A stretch of DNA of 64,000 nt from contig JBAYWF010000003.1 in the NCBI GenBank assembly GCA_041674205.1, positions 47,221 to 111,220 on the forward strand, written 5' to 3'. Below, one piece after another: positions 59,382 to 64,000 of this stretch; position 1 is the stretch's first letter; every line of letters starts with the position of its first letter. Made by a program: the position numbers and the translations under genes. Origin of the DNA: Parcubacteria group bacterium. Lineage in GTDB: Bacteria; Patescibacteriota; Minisyncoccia; Moranbacterales; UBA2206. The notes under the pieces are model-generated. The model was not told where the DNA came from. It made no database searches and saw nothing but the letters and a program-made list of their open reading frames with translations.

Positions 59382-59774
59382 TCACACCCTTTCAAATTCC
59401 TCCTTTATCCATTCCGGGTAAACGCCTTCCAGGACCATATTCTTGTCGATCCAACCATATCCCGTATGTTCGCCGCTCAACTTCAATTCGCCGCCGGCAT
59501 ATTTAGCCAAGAAAGTTATGCCTACCAGATGCAAACCGTCTTTCACGAAACCCCATACTCGCGAAGGACGCCCTATTTCGATATTGATACCCAATTCTTC
59601 CCTGACTTCCCTTTTCAAACTTTCTTCCGCGCTTTCGCCGAATTCCATCCTGCCGCCCGGGATATCGATCCCATTGGGATTTATTTCTTCGGTTCCGCTT
59701 TTATACAAAACCAGATATTTCCCGTCATCGTTTTTTATCAACGCTTTCGTGGCAACGCCGAATTTTCTTTCCAT
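59382..59774 (-). CDS. NUDIX hydrolase
   Basis: DIPGG…KREVREELG, LSGEH. Confidence 0.9.
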   Translation of the reverse strand: MERKFGVATKALIKNDDGKYLVLYKSGTEEINPNGIDIPGGRMEFGESAEESLKREVREELGINIEIGRPSRVWGFVKDGLHLVGITFLAKYAGGELKLSGEHTGYGWIDKNMVLEGVYPEWIKEEFERV

Positions 59775-59813
59775 TTTTTATTCTAAACCGTTTTAACGCG
59801 GATATTTTTTTAT

Positions 59814-60461
59814 TTATAACTTCCTTTTCAAATACGCATCGATTTCTTTTTCAAAAAAATCAGCCACCTCGGCAAGCGTCGCCGGCTCGATCATTTGCGT
59901 TCCATCAATTTCCGTATTTGAAATATCCTGGGTGTATAGGAGCTGCGCCAAAAAAAGCTTTTCATTGAACAATTCCCCATATGCCTCACTTGATTTTTGC
60001 ACGATATCTTCAAGTTTCGTGATTCTCTTTTTCAAAATCACATACAAATCGACGTAGTCCCGCCAAGCGTTTCGCCTATTCATAGCGTAGGCTTTAGTAA
60101 GCGCCACGCCAAGCGAGGAAATAATCCGCAAAGGGGCATCCGGAAATTCAAGCACGTATTTTTCCAAATCAAAAGGATAGAAAATAAAAGATATTTTTAT
60201 ATCATATTCCGTTATAAACGTGAATTCGTCAGCATTGTTCACTAGCACCTCTTTAACGCGCATTTCTTTTTTAATTTTTGCCGGAAAAGACGCCGGGATT
60301 TCCTTGGCACAAAAAATATCAAAATCATAGGACACCCGATGGCCTAATTGAAGAGCCAGCGCCGTTCCGCCCGATAGATAGCCCAAGGAGCGGAAAGTTG
60401 AAAGTTTTTGAAAAATATTTTCCCTTTCCTGATCAAGGATTTCGAGGTGGAGTTTTTCCAT
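59814..60461 (-). CDS. AbiEii/AbiGii-like nucleotidyltransferase
   Basis: YLSGGTALALQLGHRVSYDFDIF, K…R…RDYVD. Confidence 0.88.
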   Translation of the reverse strand: MEKLHLEILDQERENIFQKLSTFRSLGYLSGGTALALQLGHRVSYDFDIFCAKEIPASFPAKIKKEMRVKEVLVNNADEFTFITEYDIKISFIFYPFDLEKYVLEFPDAPLRIISSLGVALTKAYAMNRRNAWRDYVDLYVILKKRITKLEDIVQKSSEAYGELFNEKLFLAQLLYTQDISNTEIDGTQMIEPATLAEVADFFEKEIDAYLKRKL

Positions 60462-60744
60462 ATATGTTTTTAATATATTGCTGGCCGTTTTTGACTTTGA
60501 CACCCAAAACATGTTCGAATAGGTGCAGGACGGACGGCGCGTAGATACCCTTGGCAGGTATTTGGAATTCTTGGCTTATCACATCCCGACCATATTTTTG
60601 AAAAAGTTTCCGCACATCCCGCATCGATCCCAAAGCCAGCGTTTGATGGATAATCAAATGGCGATCCTTGGAAAAATCCAAAACGGCTTCGTTTTTTTTC
60701 AGAAACCAAAAAAGCTTATCCACCTTTAATTTAAGTGCTTCCAT
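60433..60744 (-). CDS. Putative antitoxin (DUF6922-like)
   Basis: LFW…LD…II…L..G…D…L…YG; overlaps the NTase start. Confidence 0.65.
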   Translation of the reverse strand: MEALKLKVDKLFWFLKKNEAVLDFSKDRHLIIHQTLALGSMRDVRKLFQKYGRDVISQEFQIPAKGIYAPSVLHLFEHVLGVKVKNGQQYIKNIYGKTPPRNP

Positions 60745-60794
60745 ACTCGTATATTAGCACAAAACAAGCCAAAAATCAAATCAAAAAGCGCTTT

Positions 60795-62099
60795 TTACAA
60801 CCAGCCTAATTTTTCCAAAAACTCCCGGTCTTTCTTGACGAATTTCATCCCGATATCGGACCGGTAGAACATTTTCGGGATGACGATTTGGTTTATCAGG
60901 TCATAGGTCTTGTCGCGGGCTTCCTCGATCGTTTTTCCGGAACCGGTCACGTGGAGCACGAAGCCTGTCTTGCCAGAAATGTAGTGTTTATCCTGCCCAT
61001 CTTCTTTTTTCCGGGAAACCTCTTCCAAATGGATATGTTTCCAATCATTTTCGTCGAAAGTGTCTTTGAAATTGATTTCCAAACCTTGCGAGGAATATTT
61101 CTGCACGTTCACTTCATATGGGAACGGCGGCACCGCCACCAAGGCCACGATCCCGTATTCCTTTTTGTATTTCAAATCATAGGGCTGGCCGTCCGCGATG
61201 GCTTTCAGGAATTTCCCCCAGGGCGACAGGTGCAGTTCGTCCTGCAATTGCAAAGCTGGAAAACCGAAACGCGCCGTCAATTCCAGCGGATGGGCGCCAT
61301 CTTCGTTGATGATGCAATTGACATCTACATCCCCGCGGAAATTGCCTTTGATCAAAGCCGGTTTCAACTTGTCCAGCAGTTCCTTGAACAGCCGGTTATC
61401 TTCATTGTCGTCATACCACATCAATGTCCCCATCTCGAAAGTTTTCGGCCCGAGATTGCCATTGAACAGCCCCTTGTGTTCGAAGTTGATTTCGATCGGA
61501 CCCGCCCAGTCGGTGCCGTTGAAGTAGCGTCCCACGCCGACTTCCACCCCTTTGACTTTTTTCTGCAAATCGATCGACGCGCATTCTTCCCGGTTGTTTT
61601 CATTGTAATTCCGGAGCATCGAAACGACATCCTTCCCGCTTTTCAAACGCCCGACATAGTTGAAAGTCTTGTCGATGTGGCCGTTTTGTTTGACGACCCA
61701 AGGCCCTTCGTTTTTCTGGACGAAACCGATCACCTCCTCGACACTGCCGAAATTGGTGGACGGGATGATGTTGACTTCGGAAAGGGAGAGGATCTTTTGC
61801 CCGTATTGGCGGTCGTGCTCCAGCCGGTCGCCCATCGCGCTGCCGCCGACCACCGAATAGCCCTTGGCCCGCAAATCGTCCTGGATTTGGCCGAACCCGA
61901 CGCAATCGAACACGATGAGTCCGTCGCTCCCCACCCAGCCCAGCTCGGATTCCCAGTCAGCTATTTTTTCCAACATCCCGTCATAAGCGTGGGCATATTC
62001 CGCCTCTTCGATGAAAATTTTCACTTGGTTCCCCTCTTGTTGCAAACGATAGGCCAGATCGGCGCCGGAAAAATCTTTGGATATTAACAATACGTTCAT
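60795..62099 (-). CDS. PurD-like ATP-grasp ligase (divergent)
   Basis: LEHDR, PWVVK, EHK…GNLGPKTFEMG, ELTARFGFP, YRSDIG. Confidence 0.8.
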   Translation of the reverse strand: MNVLLISKDFSGADLAYRLQQEGNQVKIFIEEAEYAHAYDGMLEKIADWESELGWVGSDGLIVFDCVGFGQIQDDLRAKGYSVVGGSAMGDRLEHDRQYGQKILSLSEVNIIPSTNFGSVEEVIGFVQKNEGPWVVKQNGHIDKTFNYVGRLKSGKDVVSMLRNYNENNREECASIDLQKKVKGVEVGVGRYFNGTDWAGPIEINFEHKGLFNGNLGPKTFEMGTLMWYDDNEDNRLFKELLDKLKPALIKGNFRGDVDVNCIINEDGAHPLELTARFGFPALQLQDELHLSPWGKFLKAIADGQPYDLKYKKEYGIVALVAVPPFPYEVNVQKYSSQGLEINFKDTFDENDWKHIHLEEVSRKKEDGQDKHYISGKTGFVLHVTGSGKTIEEARDKTYDLINQIVIPKMFYRSDIGMKFVKKDREFLEKLGWL

Positions 62100-62124
62100 A
62101 AGGATATTTTTAAAAATTTGATTA

Positions 62125-63042
62125 TCAGAAATTCATACTGAGGAAAACCGCGCCTTCGACGATGAGGCCGATAGCCAGGATCTTGTGCGCCAATCCAACG
62201 GCCGTCATCGACTCCCGGCCCAGTTTCGGAAAAAACAAGGTTAGTAGGATGCCGAATAGGAAAACGAAGGCCGGCTGGAACCCGTTGACCGTCATTACCA
62301 GCGCGATCGGCGCCAGCAGGGTCGCATAGGCGAAAACTCCGTCGGCCACGACGAAAATTATCTCATTGAACGCGTTCAGCGACATCACGCCCCAGCTGTT
62401 CATCCGAAGAACCTGCAGAAATTGCTTGCGATAGGATGAAATTGAAAAATACAGGATCGCGCCCAACAGCACGCTTCCGAAAAAGTCCCAAAAAATCGAA
62501 GTCCAGAAACCGTCCTCCACCGCGATCATTTTGAAAATCACCCCGCCGACCGCATAGAGGAATGAGGCCAACAGCATTAGCGCGGCCACTCTTTTTTTGA
62601 ATTTGAGCTTGCCTTCGATGAAATTCAGCGACAAGATGATCGTGCCGGCGATTATCAATCCGCAAGAAATTATTTGGGCGAGCGTCAAGGTTTCTCCCAG
62701 GAAAAAATAGCCCAGGATAAAACCGAAAATCGGGATGGTCTGGTAGTATGGGATGACGATCGAAGCTTCGTCGTCCTGCAAGGCTTTGAAATACAAAATG
62801 ATGCAAACCACCGTCAGCATCCCGTTCAAAGTCAGCACCGCGATCGTCGTCAAATCCAGGGAAAAAACTCCCGGATCGATAAAATAGATTATCGGCAGGG
62901 TCACGACCGAAAACAAAGACGAAAAAAGGATGAGCGCGCCCGATTCGCCGCCTTTGAAATATTTCTCGATCAGATATTTATCGATGTGGTTGGAAACGGC
63001 ATACAATACCGGACCGACGAGAGCGATGAGAAACCAGCTCAT
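62125..63042 (-). CDS. EamA/DMT transporter
   Basis: ~10 TM; YFKAL…AS…P, FFLGETL. Confidence 0.88.
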   Translation of the reverse strand: MSWFLIALVGPVLYAVSNHIDKYLIEKYFKGGESGALILFSSLFSVVTLPIIYFIDPGVFSLDLTTIAVLTLNGMLTVVCIILYFKALQDDEASIVIPYYQTIPIFGFILGYFFLGETLTLAQIISCGLIIAGTIILSLNFIEGKLKFKKRVAALMLLASFLYAVGGVIFKMIAVEDGFWTSIFWDFFGSVLLGAILYFSISSYRKQFLQVLRMNSWGVMSLNAFNEIIFVVADGVFAYATLLAPIALVMTVNGFQPAFVFLFGILLTLFFPKLGRESMTAVGLAHKILAIGLIVEGAVFLSMNF

Positions 63043-63133
63043 AGATATATAGCAAAAAGGTCTTAACACTCAAATATTACCACATCCAAGCCAAAACATC
63101 AAAATAAAAAAGGCTTGCCGGAATCCGACCGCG

Positions 63134-64000
63134 CTATAAATATTTCTTTCCCTTCAATCTCTCCGGCAGATAGTCTTGTCCGGCATCCTCGGGATTTTCA
63201 AAATCCGGGGTATATTTGTAGTTTTTGCCGTAGTCCAAGTCCTTCATCAGCTTTGTCGGCGCATTGCGCAGATGGATCGGCACCGGTTCGGCAGGAAAAT
63301 CTTTCGCGTCCTGCCTGGCTTTTTCATAGGCGACATACAGGGCGTTGCTTTTTTTCGATTTGGCCATATACACCGCCGCCTGCGCCAGGTTCACTCCGCA
63401 CTCCGGCATCCCGATATAGCGGCAGGCATCATAGGCGCTGATGGCCTGCTCCAGCGCGAATGAATTGGCGATGCCAATGTCTTCGGAAGCGAAACGGATG
63501 ATCCTTCGCGACACATAGAGCGGATCTTCCCCGCCCTCCAGCATCCGCGCCAGCCAATACAAGGCGGCGTCCGCGTCGCCGCCGCGCATACTTTTGTGCA
63601 AAGCCGAAATTATATTATAGTGTTGTTCCCCCGCCCGGTCATAGAGCAGGCTGGTTTTTTGCAAGGCTTCCTTGATTTCGTTTTTCCCGATCATTATCTT
63701 TCCGATCGCATCTTTTTTTCCGATCGATGCTGCCAGTTCCAAGACATTCAACGCCGTGCGCGCGTCACCATTGGAAAGTCCGGCCAGAAAATCCAAATCC
63801 TCTTCCGCGATCCCTATCTTCATTTTTCCCAAACCCCGCTCTTTGTCCGCCAGCGCCCGGACGGCCAATTTTTTCACATCCGCCGCCTCCAGCGGTTCCA
63901 AAACGAAAACCCGGGTCCGCGACAAAAGCGCGTGGTTGACTTCGAAGCTCGGGTTTTCCGTGGTCGCGCCAATCAAAATCAAAGTACCGTCTTCCACATA
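63134..64000 (-). CDS. rarA: Replication-associated recombination protein A (5' end outside the window)
   Basis: GATTENPSFEVN, ISALHKSMRG, ASEDIG, VPIHLRNAP. Confidence 0.95.
   Translation of the reverse strand, partial: YVEDGTLILIGATTENPSFEVNHALLSRTRVFVLEPLEAADVKKLAVRALADKERGLGKMKIGIAEEDLDFLAGLSNGDARTALNVLELAASIGKKDAIGKIMIGKNEIKEALQKTSLLYDRAGEQHYNIISALHKSMRGGDADAALYWLARMLEGGEDPLYVSRRIIRFASEDIGIANSFALEQAISAYDACRYIGMPECGVNLAQAAVYMAKSKKSNALYVAYEKARQDAKDFPAEPVPIHLRNAPTKLMKDLDYGKNYKYTPDFENPEDAGQDYLPERLKGKKYL

Overview
Chromosomal window of a small-genome bacterium, most likely CPR/Patescibacteria (Parcubacteria-like). This is inferred from DUF4012, an orphan PEP-utilising-domain protein, AT-rich start regions lacking Shine-Dalgarno sites and a CCTGCCTGCCGGYAGGCAGG palindrome. 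Nearly all genes are on the minus strand. The backbone is serS, lysS, greA, mreBCD-mrdA, rseP, frr, tRNA-Lys, dnaJ (CIRCE), lepA, murJ with a GT4 cluster, and rarA. Two accessory systems stand out. (1) An AT-rich integron-like cassette array lies between lepA and murJ (~32.0-40.6 kb) with no integrase in the window. It has non-canonical attC-like hairpins, and every intact cassette is bracketed by its own inverted repeat pairing the 5' leader with the 3' end. The long att loops carry sigma70 promoters, there is an attI/Xer-like site at the head, and sites decay toward the tail. The cargo is mostly nucleotide and phosphate 'house-cleaning' enzymes. (2) An agr-like locus (unknown enzyme - SET protein - 7TM histidine kinase, 49.3-52.5 kb) has a low-GC block replacing the 3' part of the first gene, the whole SET gene and the kinase sensor domain, suggesting an exchangeable signal/receptor specificity module. 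Also present: a module flanked by transposase remnants, an orphan purE, a divergent PurD-like ligase and several pseudogenes. All identities and GC contrasts were judged by eye; no searches were run.
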